A stretch of DNA of 64,000 nucleotides from Podarcis filfolensis (Eukaryota): NCBI GenBank assembly GCA_964270895.1, contig OZ185436.1. The stretch is one strand, 5' to 3'. This document shows, in pieces, positions 1 to 12,439 of the stretch. How positions within the stretch are numbered: position 1 is the stretch's first letter; every line of letters starts with the position of its first letter. A model generated the notes under the pieces. It worked only from the letters and a program-made list of their open reading frames with translations. It did not search any database and was not told the DNA's origin. A program made the translations under genes and the position numbers.

Positions 1-200
1 GGAAGGAGCTCCACTGGAAAAATCCCGGCCTATAGTAGCCATCCATCTGAAGGTGGAGGCATCTAGAACAGGACCTCTATCTAATGAGCTCAGCTTGAGA
101 AGTTTTGAGGTGGTCTTTAAGATAGCTTGATCTAAGTCCTTTTAAAACCCTGAAGGTCAAAACCAGGACTCTTACTTCTGGTAGAATCCAGTGGATTTAT
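1..200 (-). mobile_element. L2-like LINE 3' coding remnant
   Basis: Minus-strand translation includes VLVLTFRVLKGLRSSYLKDHL, the L2 ORF2 C-terminal KVLVLTxKALxGL motif. Confidence 0.55.
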
Positions 201-209
201 TTATCATTA

Positions 210-560
210 CTGTTCAACTCTTCTAGTGCTTCTGCTTGTTTCCAAACGAAGCAATTTTGAATTGGAGATCACATATCATTTGCTTTTTATAACATATTTA
301 TTTCTTTTCTCCACTGTCCCTAGGAATTCTCTTTTCTCTTTCACCACTTCTTCCGTGCCCTATAACATTGCTGCTATTGTATTATCATTTTAGCTATTTG
401 TTGAAAATAGTATAACCTGTATCAATGTTCTTGTAGATCTATTCCCCCCCTTTGATTCTTACCAAGAGTATTTTTGTGCTCTCCTTCCATAGATAAGTTC
501 CCTGGTCCTTGGTAAGATTTTGGTTCTGGGTTTCCCCCTGGGTTTGATCTATATTAAATA
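210..560 (-). mobile_element. Degraded L1/Tx1-like ORF2 fragment
   Basis: Minus strand reads SKGGNRSTRT / GGIDLQ-like followed by RLYYFQQIAK, resembling the L1 GGLxLPDxxxYY region. A-rich and heavily decayed. Confidence 0.4.
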
Positions 561-3288
561 AAGGTTATTATTACTTTTCTATTTTTTTAAAAAATATTTA
601 GATCTGCAACTTACCCTCTATGCATACATTGTTTGCGTATTATTTGTTCTATATAGTCTGCTGACCATGTTTCCCTTTCTCTCTTAAATATGCATTGCTT
701 TATTTCCCCCCTTCTTCAGGATGAGTTTGAGGATCTTGTTAGTTTGCCTGGATTTTGTAACAGGACATGGGGGATAGTCAACCTTGTGTCTTCTTCTCCC
801 TCCCACAGTCCCCTATACTCCCCAATCTCCTCCAGAGGGTCCCCCTCCCTCTGGAAGAGATTCCCCGGATGTGCAGCGGCTGGAGAGGTAGAAGAAGTCC
901 CATTTGCACAATTGGAAATCTGTTCTGACGCAGCCGGATGTCACCCATTATTTTTTTTGCTTTTCTTAACAATTCTTTTTAAAACACCCTCAAAAAGTAT
1001 CTGAGGATAGTGCACAATAAAAGTATCAGCCCAAATGTAGAATTACCAAACCTCTCCACTGTTCCAATACCTCGATAAAGTTATATTATTATAAGTTATA
1101 TATTATGTTTTAAGACAAAAGTTCTTATCTGAGAACACTGCCCCCAAATTACAGGCATCAAGGAGCTAAAGGGGGGCAGGACTGGTGGTGGGGGATGTGA
1201 TGAGCCAAGTTCAAGCTAGGTGGCAAAACTCAGCAATGCTCCTCCTGGTAATGCTAGCTACCTTTCAAACTCCCCAGAGCTGCTAGAATGAAAATATGCG
1301 ATGATGAAACATCTTTCTGACAGGGGCATCTAAGGACTTGTCATCATTGACTTTTGCCCTCTATCTTCTGAAACATTACCCCACCCACCCTTCTTCTTTA
1401 TTCTGTGGTGATTGCTCGTGGCACAGTAAGATTGCCTTCCTTGAACATGGTCTTAACAGTGAGTCCGTACGGTAGCCTGCATATGGAGAGGCTATTTTAG
1501 TTCAGCCTTTTAGTTTTGACTCACATTAAATTTATATAATCTGCTTGTCTTCATTTGGATACCAAATTCTCCTTCTGCGTTTCAGTTCTCTCCCCCTGCT
1601 TCTATCCTTTGCTGAACTGCTCCTCTCTGCACCTGCTATCTGCCAGGCATGTGAAAAGCGCATTGGCACATTAAATACCCTGCTCCTAATCATTATGTTC
1701 CTATTCAGTCCTACTCTGTGCAAAGTTGTGCATGCCAGTCTATTCTGTGGCATGGAACTTATTCACATCCAACTCTGTACAGAATCACACTACGCATTAT
1801 TAAAGTTGAAAGGCAGAGGCTGTTTTTAATTGAGAATTGCTTTTTACTTGGGAATTACTTTCCCAATTAAATGCACTTAAAAATAAATAAGGTTTCTGGC
1901 GTATATATTCAGTATTCATCTTTAGGTGCTTATTCTGTAATCTTTAAGAGTGAACAATTTTTGTATATGTTCAAAACACACAGTTGAGAGCTCCAGTTAT
2001 TATGCCACTTTGTGTTAATGAACCTTAATACCATCACAATGTCTTTTTTTTCAACAAAAGCTAATGCATAGCTAAGTCACTACTATGAAAGAAATTTCTT
2101 GGATGCTTTGCACTGCGTATCATTGCTTGATACAAGCTGTAATAAAGGTTCCATTTCCTAATCCAGAGAGATACTGCACAAACCTTAACGGGTTCTCATT
2201 GTTTTCTACAGATGTATATTTTGAATATTCAACTCCCCCCCCCAAATCAACCAACTGTGGCTTGACTTAAGTGATGTAATAAAACTTCAGCTACTTCAAA
2301 TGGTTTTGAATTTGCCAATGCTTGCACTGTCAGACTAATTTGTAGATGGCTCAAGCTTTGGGGCTGGATAGCCCAGACTCATTTGTTAAACCATATGTTT
2401 CCAAGATGTTACTTATTTAAATTCCGTAGTCTTAACTACCTTGCTGAGGCAATTTTGAAAATACATTAATTCCCTCCTATAGGTCAGCTTCATTTGATGG
2501 TTGTCAAATCCACAAAGTATGCAAACATTTGCCCTAATCAAAAAGGCACTTTGAAATATATTGTTTCTTCAGCGGCCTTTTCCATATACCCTTTTCTATT
2601 GCTTCCTTTTAAATGTTCATAGCTGCTTATCTACAGTACATAAAGATAGATCCAGGTAACAGGTGGATTTTATATTCCCAGAAATGGGGTCATTGTTTGT
2701 TTTTCCTTCTAACTGCCGTAAATGCAACCTCAAACCTGCAAAGCATCTATCATACCTTCATTTACTAGCTCTTCCCACATTCCATCTTAATGCAGACTCC
2801 ATACATGGTAGCAAGACCAATTGTTTTCTCTCTCTCTCTACCACTTTAGGGCTAACCTCTTTGAGTGCCTCAGTGGTTAGCCCTAAAGTGATCAGACCTA
2901 AACTAGCATCTTGATAATCAAGCAAGGAGTTAAACCTGGCCTGCACCCAACATCTTACATGCTGATGAGGTATTCAACACAGGTGACTATGTTGGAAATG
3001 ATGGGTGTAATAGCACGGTTTACTGCCATGGTTGATGTCTTCTATATTCTTTGTACTGAATACAATCATGTTGTGAACTACTATGTCATGCTGGGAGCTG
3101 GATTTTTATCCAAAGCCAAGGAGAAATGTTCTCTGCTGGATATGCAGTACTGTACGTCTTCAGTATTTTGTTTGACCTACTGATTACAGTGTAACTATCA
3201 CAGAGCCACAGCGAAGCTTTGTCTCTTTCTCCCACCTACCCCCCATGCTCATGTAATTCAGAAAGTTTCCTTTTCAAAGTGTGTAGAC

Positions 3289-3424
3289 CAGGCATAGGCA
3301 AACTCGACCCTCCAGATGTTTTGGGACTACAACTCCCATCATCCCTGACCACTGGTCCTGTAAGCTAGGGATGATGGGAGTTGTAGTCCCAAAACATCTG
3401 GAGGGCAGAGTTTGCCTATGCCTG
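3289..3424. mobile_element. Palindromic hAT MITE with perfect 8-bp TSD
   Basis: TIR CAGGCATAGGCAAACT. The whole element is a near-palindrome. TSD GTGTAGAC at 3281-3288 and 3425-3432. Confidence 0.93.
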
Positions 3425-4170
3425 GTGTAGACAGACTATTAAAAGAGAGAGAGAGAGAGAATACACTGTCAATTCTCTGCTCTCCATTCAATCCAACACC
3501 TCCAACTACCCTGTAATTCTGCTTGAATGCTTCAATATAACCTCGACAACTTCTCATACTTTCTCAGAAGCCCTTATTTCCCCATTCACGTGCTTTTTCA
3601 ACTGGCACTGTCACCACCCACAGGCATAGACCATTGCTTTTCTTTTCAACTTTTGCCCCCCAAAGTCGGTCCATTTCCAAGTCATCTTGCTTCTCCCTTT
3701 CCAACATTACAAAAATATGGGCCCTTCTCTTTGCCCCTTTAGCAAAAGCTCTTGCCCATAACTTGGTCATGCCTTGCTGTGACTCCTACATTCTTGTCTA
3801 GTCTTCCACTATCTCACCTTCACTCACATTCATCCAGCACTCTGCATTTTCCTCTCACCCTTCCAAGTTTCAACCACCTCCCTCCTTTCAAGTACACATG
3901 TGTGGCTGGAGGTTCTTCCTCATGTTCAGGATTTTGTGGGGAGTCTTTCCCATCCCAAACCAAGCTTTTCCCAACTACTTCTGCCTGTCCCCATCTGAAG
4001 GGAACAATTCAAGCCCATTCCTTCTACAACTGGTATACCTAATGTAGTGAATTATTTGAGGGCTTGTTTTCCATGCAGGGCATTTCCAACAGAAGGCAAG
4101 TTGTGGCTTTGCAAACCTTTACAACTCTTCACGCTCTTTATTCTGGAAAGTGTTGCTGTTAAAAACTCAC

Positions 4171-4407
4171 CTGTTGAAGCTGCAGGTTCATCGGGGCTTC
4201 TCCCATAGTGTGCCATTAGCTTAAGTTTGGTCTCCTGCTTTTTGTGTTTCTTGCCCACGTAGTGTTGTTTTGCCATCAGGGGATTATTGAATGTGGCATG
4301 ACAGAGACTGCAGAATTTGTCTGGGTCAGAAGTGTTTTGGTTCTCTTCATTAGAGGGCACAGTAGTGGGAGGCGGATTAGCTGGTTGTTTCTGAGCAGGT
4401 ACAGCTC
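4171..4407 (-). CDS. ZNF346: ZNF346 coding exon 5, Pro-rich linker plus zinc finger 3 (…[43 protein letters not shown]…)
   Basis: Acceptor gattttacag|GA, donor ACAG|GTGAGT, 237 nt, phase 1-1. The ZF4 exon was not found in 1-4170, so the gene probably continues beyond the left edge. Confidence 0.95.
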
Positions 4408-4764
4408 CTGTAAAATCAACCCCGCAAAACATATGAAGAAAATCCAATCAGAAAAGTCTAAGGCACAATTTCATGTAATCATAATCTCAATTGTGCCAAA
4501 ACATCCCACTTAGAATAATTATTTTCTACATAAGATTTGGATGAGCTTACTGTGGGGATATACATAAAATATTAGCTACCAAAACAGAGATCAAAGATAA
4601 CAAAGAAAGATTTTGGTGTAAGGTTTGTTATGTCTATCTATCTCTGACCACCAGGGTCATCAAGAAAATCAATCACACCAGAATGCAAAATTTCAACTGG
4701 AAAACATGTTTTCTTGAACTCACTCAGTGTCTGCCTCACTATCATATATGTGAAGCAGGGTTCA

Positions 4765-5067
<303 letters not shown>

Positions 5068-5571
5068 TCAGTAACTGGAATTTCTTTTGTTCAGTTTCAC
5101 CCTATCCTTTACTGAACACACTGAAAGAAGCTAGAGAAGACTATTAAAGCTGTTCAAGACATGTTATGTAGCAAGATACAATTGCCATTCAGGTAGTAGT
5201 TTCTGTTACTACAAACAGAATTCTCAATAGTGCGCCAAGGCTGAATTCTACTTTTCAAATAAATTTAGTATGAAAAGGGCTTATTATAAGTAGAGCATAT
5301 AACCATTTTATTCCCAATGGTTTTTGAATGAGTTATCTCCTTGCACTCAGCTTCTTCATTTTTCAGTGTACAGGTACATACAATTAGGTGGGCAAAGTTT
5401 AAATGTGCATTTGCCCAAGCAGAATAATGCATAGATTCTTGCAAACAGTGCCTGATCTTCAAAATCCTCAATGGTGCATTATTCCACAATCCAAGAAACG
5501 CTATTTGCCAAACTTTCTAGTGCATTAAATTCTTTTACTTGTCCTTGGATTTCTGGCCTGACTGGCATTAC

Positions 5572-5667
5572 CTGCTTTGTATCCAGCTTTATTTTCTTGC
5601 TTGAGCAGACCTCCTCTTCACCATGGATAGCCATGTATCGACGAACTTTGTTGGCATGTTTCTTACT
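5572..5667 (-). CDS. ZNF346: ZNF346 coding exon 3 ([32 protein letters not shown])
   Basis: Acceptor tttccttcag|AGT, donor CAG|GTAATG, 96 nt, phase 0-0. Completes ZF1 (H...H). Separated from exon 2 by a 94-nt intron. Confidence 0.95.
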
Positions 5668-5761
5668 CTGAAGGAAACAGCATAGAAGAGCAAGATAACC
5701 ATCTCAGGAATCCCACACACTCAGGGCAAATTTCAGTAACTGCCTGTAGATTTAAGCATAC

Positions 5762-5865
5762 CTGATAATGAGCGAGCTTCTGTGACTCGGAGATGAGCAC
5801 TGCACTACACACTTTACAATGGGCATCTGTGAAGATGTGGCTGTTCTCTTTGATCATACGATCCA
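5762..5865 (-). CDS. ZNF346: ZNF346 coding exon 2, zinc finger 1 N-half ([35 protein letters not shown])
   Basis: Acceptor ttttgcag|TG, donor CAG|GTATGC, 104 nt. CKVC...[12 protein letters not shown] is the ZNF346 signature. Confidence 0.97.
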
Positions 5866-6879
5866 CTGCAAAAAGCAAGCACATCAATATTTTTAAAAAA
5901 AACAACAAGAAACTTTGCCAAGGGCCCAGCAATCACCTCTTAGGGGTTCTGCCAGCATCACACAAATGTTTGCACCAACTTAGAACACTGGTTAAATAAA
6001 GGTCTTGTGGCAGATAATGACAAATCTAATTCCCCAATCGGGGAGACATAATTTAAAACATGTAAATACATGAAAGCAGTTTTTTTTTCTTATCCCACAT
6101 TCGAAGAAGGGTGAAAATGCACATGAGGTGGGAGTCATCTAGTAATAACACAGCAAAGAATGAGATGTCTACTGTTTCTTTGATATGCTGCATAGCATAC
6201 TTTCCATCAGGGATGAAGTATAGGATTGAGCAATTTCCACACTGCTACATAAAGGACAGGCTAACAATAAGGAATCATGCAAAGGCAGAAGTAACTCTAC
6301 TGTTAAGTGACATGCCAGGAGTCTGCTGCAGAATAAAACCATTTCCAACAACTGCAATTAATGATTTACCATGTAAATAATGTCGTTTAAGTCAGCACAG
6401 AACACTACACAGAAAGGCTCGATATTTCTTCCTACCATTGATCCATGCCCAATTTTAAGTACAATGCCAATGCTTTCATTAGTCTTCAGCTAAACAGTCA
6501 ATTGGCTAATGGGTCTTTCAGTTAGAGACGCACAGAATGTCTGGAATTGTTTTCCATTTCCAAAGTTGCAATGCTTAGTGCCTCAACAGTGTCAAGATGA
6601 TAAGTATCACTTTGCGGTCAGCAGCTTGGTCAGTGTGGTATGCATGTATGCAGGTCTCTTAGGCAATGATCTTACAAGCAAGAAGTTGCTATTTACACAC
6701 TGATTAAGAGGCAGACTGGAAATATACAAATGTGAGGGTAGAAAATCTTCACAGCTGTGATTGATTTGTAATTGTCTTCAAAACACATCCCTTACATTCA
6801 CTTTACAAACTCTTCAAAATCATTATATTGACATGACAAAGTGCATTTCAAATACTGCCATTAGGCACATCAGGGGAAG

Positions 6880-7570
6880 AAGATCTATTTTTGTTTTAAT
6901 GACCCAGTACAGCTTAGTATCATCAGCAAACCTGGCCACCCCACTGCTCACTCTTAACTCTAGATTGTTTATTAACAAGTTAAAAAGCACAAGTCCCAAT
7001 ACTGAACCTTGTAGGACTCCAGTTTCTACATCTCTCCATTTGGAGAGCTGTCCATTTATTCCTACTCTTTGCTTCCTGCAACATAACCAATTCCTGATCC
7101 ACTAGAGGAGCTATTCTCTTATTCCTTGACTTATGCAGGACTCTTTGATGGATCCGAAAATCCAAGTATACTATGTTAACTGGATCACCTCTATCCATAT
7201 GCTTGCTGACACTCTCAAATAACTCTAATAGGTTTGTGAGACAGGCCTTGCCCTTGCAGAAGCCATGCTGGCTCTGCTTCAGTAAGGCTTGCTCTTCTAT
7301 ATGCTTGGTTATTTTAGCAAGTTTCCCCAGTACAGACATTAAGCTAACTGCTCTGTAATTTCCGAGATTCTCCCCTCACGGGTTCCTTTTTCAAAACTGT
7401 TGTTACATTGGCTACTTTCCAGTCCTTGGGTGTGAAGGATAAGCTGCATATTTTTGTTAGATGATCAGCAACTTCACATATGAGTTCTTTGAGAACTCTC
7501 AGGTGGCTGCCATCTGGAGCTGGCAATTCGTCAGTTCTTACTTTGTCTATTAGGCCTCTCATCACCACTA
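6880..7570 (-). mobile_element. CR1 LINE ORF2 (reverse transcriptase) fragment
   Basis: SQHGFCKGKACLTNLLELFE...VNIVYLDF, plus FADDTK-encoding sequence (tttgctgatgatactaag) and DELPAPDGSHLRVLKEL. Confidence 0.92.
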
Positions 7571-8363
7571 TCTCCCTCATCTATACACGCCAGATAAAAA
7601 CTCTCAATCATATATCCTCAATGATTTCCAGCCCATTCTGCATAATCATAGAGGCTGCAGCAGAGGGAGAGAAGGGAAGCATAACTATTTTACCAACTCC
7701 GCTGAGAGACCAGCTCCTTTTGTGTCTTTTAGATTGTAAGTCTGAAGGTAAAGAGATTTTTTTAAAAATACTAATTTAGAAGTAACTTTGGGACTCTGTT
7801 TGGCTGAAGTATGTGGTGAAAATGCTCTAAATTACTAAAAAAAAAAAAAAAATGAAAGGGAAAACTTGGTATCAAATAGGCTATCCTTAGGAAGGTTAGT
7901 GACAGAAGACTTGTGGCACCTTTACTGAATCCACAAGTGCATTTAATCTCATCATTATTTGCATAGCATATACAGAACTTGAATAAGTTTATTCCACTAC
8001 CACCCCATCTCACACAGAAGTATACAACTCTTACGTCTTGAGGAACCAAGTAAAAAAATAACTACTAAATTAAGGTCATTTCCTAAAGTAACACTCAGTC
8101 TAAACTCACATATTTTATATAATCTAGGTTAATATCATTCCAACAAGCAGTTAGTGATGCTTTTATCTTGAATTTACGCTGTAAGAAATACCTTACTTGC
8201 AGAGGCAGTCAAAAGTTAGAGGTGATTTAATAAAACAGACAACTTGTAATAGTTGACTTTCAGCACACTATCTAGCATTACTTAGATATCCAATATTACT
8301 CTCGAAATAAAAATAAAAAAAATTGACCAGTAGCACCTTAGAGACCAACTAAGTTTGTTCTGG

Positions 8364-8401
8364 GTATAAGCTTTCATGTGCATGCACACTTCTTCAGATA
8401 C
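8364..8401 (-). ncRNA. Minimal hammerhead ribozyme motif A, in a Penelope-like terminal fragment (about 8306-8415)
   Basis: Minus strand reads GTAT-CTGAAGA-A-GTGTGCATGCACAT-GAAA-GC-TT-ATAC, followed by ttagttggtctctaaggtgctac and a T-rich tail. Confidence 0.6.
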
Positions 8402-8980
8402 ACTGAAACAGAAGTTGACAACTGTTAACGACTGCAATTAGTCCTACAGGAAAAAGCAAGGGATAGTATGCAGATGACCAAAAATAGTTTTAGCATGTGT
8501 GATGAGACAAGAATCCAATATCTCTATTCAGACCAGGTCTCTCCATAGTTTTCAGTTTAGTAATAAGTTGTAATTCTGTATTTTCTGAAGCCTAGTGATA
8601 TACGGTGGCTTAACAAGAAACATCAAACTTTAAACAGAACTGTACTCACTACACATTTCTACCAAAAGGTTCACAACTGGACATGGTAACAACAGAACAA
8701 AGTTGGGGGGGGGGGCTTTGAGCACATTATAAACAGTAGTTTTCCTGTAACAGCTGAGCAGAGACTCCTGTTTCACCTTTTCTACAGTAAACAAAATGCT
8801 TCTAAAAATTTTAGCAATTGTGAATGAGAGTAAGATTGCTGCCCTAAGACCACCATATTGCATTAAATATATATTTGTACAGCTATTTAAAAAGAAGCTG
8901 ACTGGGGGCAGGGGGAATGCTCCAGTGAGACTTACATCTAAGGAAATGGGTCTATAAAAATACAAAATCAGCATCGAAAG

Positions 8981-9108
8981 CAGGGATAGGGAACCTGTGG
9001 CCCTCCTGATGTTGTTGGATTCCAGCTCCCATCATACCTGACCATTGGCCAAGTTGACTGGGGCTGATGGAAGTTGGAAGTACAACAACATTTGGAAGGC
9101 CACAGATT
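8981..9108. mobile_element. Degraded palindromic hAT-type MITE
   Basis: CAGGGATAGGGAACCTGTGGCCCTCC...GGAAGGCCACAG with internal inverted symmetry. No clean TSD. Confidence 0.65.
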
Positions 9109-10404
9109 TTTGAGTCCTGTCCAAGGCAGTACAGTATAACGTAACAGAAGAAAGTTTGCAAGCTGAGGATTTGCACTGTCCATAATCTGGGAAACCTACA
9201 TGTCACTGAATGACAGAGATTCAGAAAGCACAGGGTTAGGATTTCAGTGATTAAGGGATGAGGAAGCACACCCAACCCACATGTTTATCACCCCCATTCC
9301 ATATCCTCCCCCCCCATTCTCATGCCTTCCTGTTATTTCACCAACATTTTCAATTTCTTGCAAATTGTCTAACTTTACTGTGACCACAGAACACGTATTA
9401 TACAGGTTGCAGACCAGCAGACAGTAATGCTGCAGTAAATCAAGAGTTCTCTGCAGTACTCTCGGTACTCACTCATCCTAGGTTCATCCACCCTCACCCA
9501 CATCCCAACAAGAACATTTTGCTGCTGTTCATAAATTTTATTGTTCTGAATGGGAACTGCATGCACATCAATAACTGAAATGTATGGCACAGAACTTGGA
9601 CACTGTAAAGTTTGTTATTTCTTTAAGACACCACTCTGGAAGTTTAAGGAAGAAAGGGGAGTATGTATTTTCAACCCATTAGAAGGATAGAAATCTAATC
9701 CCATTTGTAAAAAAACAAGCCAAGGGGATTTAGGAAATCACACAGCCACACATTCTCAAACCATACATACTAGGGGGAGAGCTGCATATGTACCATAATC
9801 TGTGAATCATACACTGTCCCATAAAGCAGACATGAAAGTTCACTTCTCTCACATCACACAGAAGAGCAAGGAACAAATGGCATGTGAGGGGACAGAGAAG
9901 CCAGATCTAAAGCCACTCTTTAACGAGGATTTCATTAGCAAGGGGAGGACGACACATTCTTCTACGCCCGCTCAATAAACACGAAGATCATACACTGAAG
10001 CCTTGAAGCAGCTGAAGTGATGGCTAGACCTGAATATGTAAGATGCAAGCTTTTGTGGGACCTAGCCTAAAAAATCTTACATTTTGTGAGTGTGTGTATA
10101 TTAAAAAACCAGGATCGATGGGAATCGGAAGCTTCAGGCTGCGAAACGAGCAGCGGAGGACTTCTTGGAGGTGGCGGAAAGAACGCAGAGTTAAAGGGGC
10201 GCTCGCTCCGCCTCCGTGGGTCAAAAGAATCGGTAGCCACTGGCAGCCACACGCGGGTCGAAGTGGGGAGAAGAGAGGCCAACAGGCCCCACCCACCACG
10301 CTCCTGATGCAGCGCAGTAAAGCAGAGCCGGGCGGGGCAGAGTAAGGAGGAGGCAAACCCCCGCCTCCCTCAGAAGGAAGATGACAGAAGCGCCCCCGCC
10401 TCAC

Positions 10405-10465
10405 CTGCCTCCTTCCCCACCGGTAAGGCTGAAGCGTCCCCGTTGCTATCCGCTTCGTCCGCCAT
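10405..10465 (-). CDS. ZNF346: ZNF346 (JAZ) coding exon 1 (MADEADSNGDASALPVGKEA, phase-1 end)
   Basis: ATG at 10465 on the minus strand (aagATGGCGG). Ends at donor GCAG|GTGAGG. LPVGKEA-V resembles human PVGREEV. The single leftover G joins exon 2 as G|TG (Val). This frame is not in the ORF track. Confidence 0.88.
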
Positions 10466-10469
10466 CTTA
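10460..10469 (-). promoter_or_regulatory. YY1 motif overlapping the ZNF346 start codon
   Basis: Plus strand reads CGCCATCTTA, so the minus strand reads TAAGATGGCG(G). This matches the YY1 consensus AANATGGCG. Confidence 0.6.
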
Positions 10470-10521
10470 TCCCCGCGTCGCCGCCCCCGAGGTACCCGCC
10501 TTCCCCCGGACCTCTCGTGGA

Positions 10522-10638
10522 TCCCGCGAGATGCTCCTCTCTCCAAGACACGTATCGCGAGACCTCCCCCCCCCCCGCGCGCAGCCCGGGAATCGAAAAG
10601 ATCGGGAAGCGCGAGGAGAATCGAACGCCCTCGCGATA
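10522..10638. promoter_or_regulatory. Cluster of three CGCG-element (BANP-type TMTCGCGAGA) motifs
   Basis: TCCCGCGAGA at 10522-10531, TATCGCGAGA at 10553-10562 (exact TMTCGCGAGA) and CCTCGCGATA at 10629-10638 (reverse complement TATCGCGAGG). Confidence 0.6.
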
Positions 10639-11339
10639 TTTGGTTTGCACGTGATCGAAGCCGCCTCTCCCTGGGCGTCCATTTCTCTTGAGGGCACTGG
10701 GAGGGCCGAGAGGGGAGCAGTTGCTATGGGGATGGAGCCTGGCGGCATGGTCGTGAGGACGCGCCGACCTGCACGCACACTGCCCCCCCGCCTGCTCCAA
10801 AACGCCTCCAACTGCTGTGTGTGTATGTGCCCACTCATTTCTATGATGTCGCATTTACACACCTCATTTCTGTGCACAAGAGAGTAGCAGTTTTGTTAAA
10901 ACCACACACGCCTCTCTTGGGGAACATGGCAGGCGGCTAATAATTACGCTACGGCCGAATTAGGCTGCAGGACATGCGTGTTCTTAAATGGAGAGCCCCC
11001 TCGCGGAAAACCCGATTTCAATCCGGTTGGCGGGAAACAAAAGGCAGAGGGTGACTGGAAAGGCCGCGCGTGCAGGAAATCACAGCTGAGAGTCGAGCGA
11101 AGTGACCCCTAGAAGAAGCCGAAACGGCTTCTGCGTCGGCCGGCGGCGCTGATCCTATCCAGGCCCGGGGAGAAGTAGACAGGGCTGCCCGCCCGCCTGC
11201 TTGTCCAATGCTGAGCCGCCTTCACCCAGGATGACACCGAAGGACCGGGCTGTGGGACGGCGCGAAGAAGAACGGCTCCCGTGACCCCCGCAAGCCCCGC
11301 CCTTCCCCTCAAGCGAGGCCGCCGACTATTTCCATTTTA

Positions 11340-11509
11340 GCTCCGGGAAGTGAAGTTGCTGGCGCCAGCTTGAGTGCGGGCAAAATATCCGCTGCCGAGC
11401 CTCCGTCACTCCCAGCAAGGGGCAGCGGAGCCGCCGACTTGCCTCCGCCGCTGAGCTGGTGGGAGGGGAAGGCGGGGTAGTGGCCCGGTTTGGGGAGGAG
11501 CCGGCCCCG
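11340..11509 (+). other. UIMC1: UIMC1 non-coding exon 1 (5' boundary approximate)
   Basis: ATG-free GC-rich stretch ending in a strong donor CCG|GTGAGT. Preceded by an ETS-like GGGAAGTG (about 11345) and a GC box. The TSS cannot be determined from sequence. Confidence 0.65.
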
Positions 11510-12439
11510 GTGAGTAGCCTTGTCCGCCCGCCCGCCCGCCTGCCTGCCTGCCTCCCTCCGTGGGGCCCGTAGGACCTTTTTCCATGCTTCCCCTGTGGGG
11601 GCTCTTCACTCCCTCTCCCCCCCCCCCCATTGCAGGGTCTCCCCATGGGTCTAGCAGCCTCTTCGCAGGGAGTCTTGGTGCTTGGGTGGCGCTTCGTTGC
11701 AACCTTGGTGGTCTAAACCCACCCCTTCTGTCTAAAGTAGGGGAGGATTCAGTAGGACCCGGGCTGGCCTGTCCTTCCACTTTTTTAACAGCCGTTTAAT
11801 ATGCAGAAATCCTCATGGGACTCTTTTCATGGCCTGGAGATACCTACCAAGCTGGCAGAGCTTCAGGAGCCCTTTCAAAAGTTTGCAACCTTAGAGTGAA
11901 ATCTGACAAAAAGTTCGCTCTCTCCACAAAGGCCCTGCCTCTCCACAGGAGGCCTGCCTGCTCTGATTATCTTTTGCAGGTTTTTTAATGTGTCTGTTTT
12001 CAGTTCTCTTCTCCTCTGTTTAGTTTATGCACTCCTCTAGAAGTACCTTCTGCCTCAGGTTCTTGATCTTATAGGATGCAGAACTTTTAAAAAAGATTGC
12101 TTATGTCCGCAGCTTTGTAGATTAGTCATGTTTGTACTTGATAACTGAGCATTCCTCAGAACAGACTGTATAAAAAGAGCCCACAAACAGGCATAGGAGT
12201 GCTTACCAGGATTTTTTTTTTTTTGCAATATTTTGGAAGTCACTGTTGATAGTTACCTTTATTCAAGCTACCATATATATTTCATAGAAATAGCATCTTC
12301 AGCTCTTGCTACCCCCATCCCTACTTTAGTGTCTCCTACAGTTTTGAGTGTTGTGTGGACACATGATCACAGGGCCATAATTCTCCCAGAATTTATTTGT
12401 GGCATTGTCTCTGTCCTTAGAGGATGAGTGCTCTCTCAA

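Larger units (their letters stand above)
10100..11750. promoter_or_regulatory. CpG island, divergent (bidirectional) promoter region of ZNF346 and UIMC1
   Basis: Sharp rise in GC and CpG density. Contains GC boxes (10331, 11295), an E-box CACGTG (10648-10653), TCGCGA-type motifs and a YY1 motif. First exons of both genes point outward. Confidence 0.92.

Noticed and set aside
690-1004. ORF-like region and possible ZNF346 terminal exon
   Set aside because: It cannot be linked in frame without the missing ZF4 exon and shows no recognisable homology. More likely decayed repeat or intron.
3289-3424. Long perfect-looking hairpins as miRNA precursors (also 52797, 49665, 8981)
   Set aside because: Explained as palindromic hAT MITEs with TIRs and 8-bp TSDs.
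3440-4050. Purine-rich minus-strand stretch with several short ORFs after ZNF346 exon 5
   Set aside because: No ZF4 (C..C...NSIEQYQAH) motif, the phase-1 continuation hits a stop at once, and I recognise no family.
10024-11799. Long ORFs in the CpG island (276 aa, 168 aa, 136 aa, 124 aa and others)
   Set aside because: Stop-poor GC-rich DNA yields long ORFs by chance. They are low-complexity Arg/Pro/Gly with no domain, and the true ZNF346 exon 1 uses a different frame.
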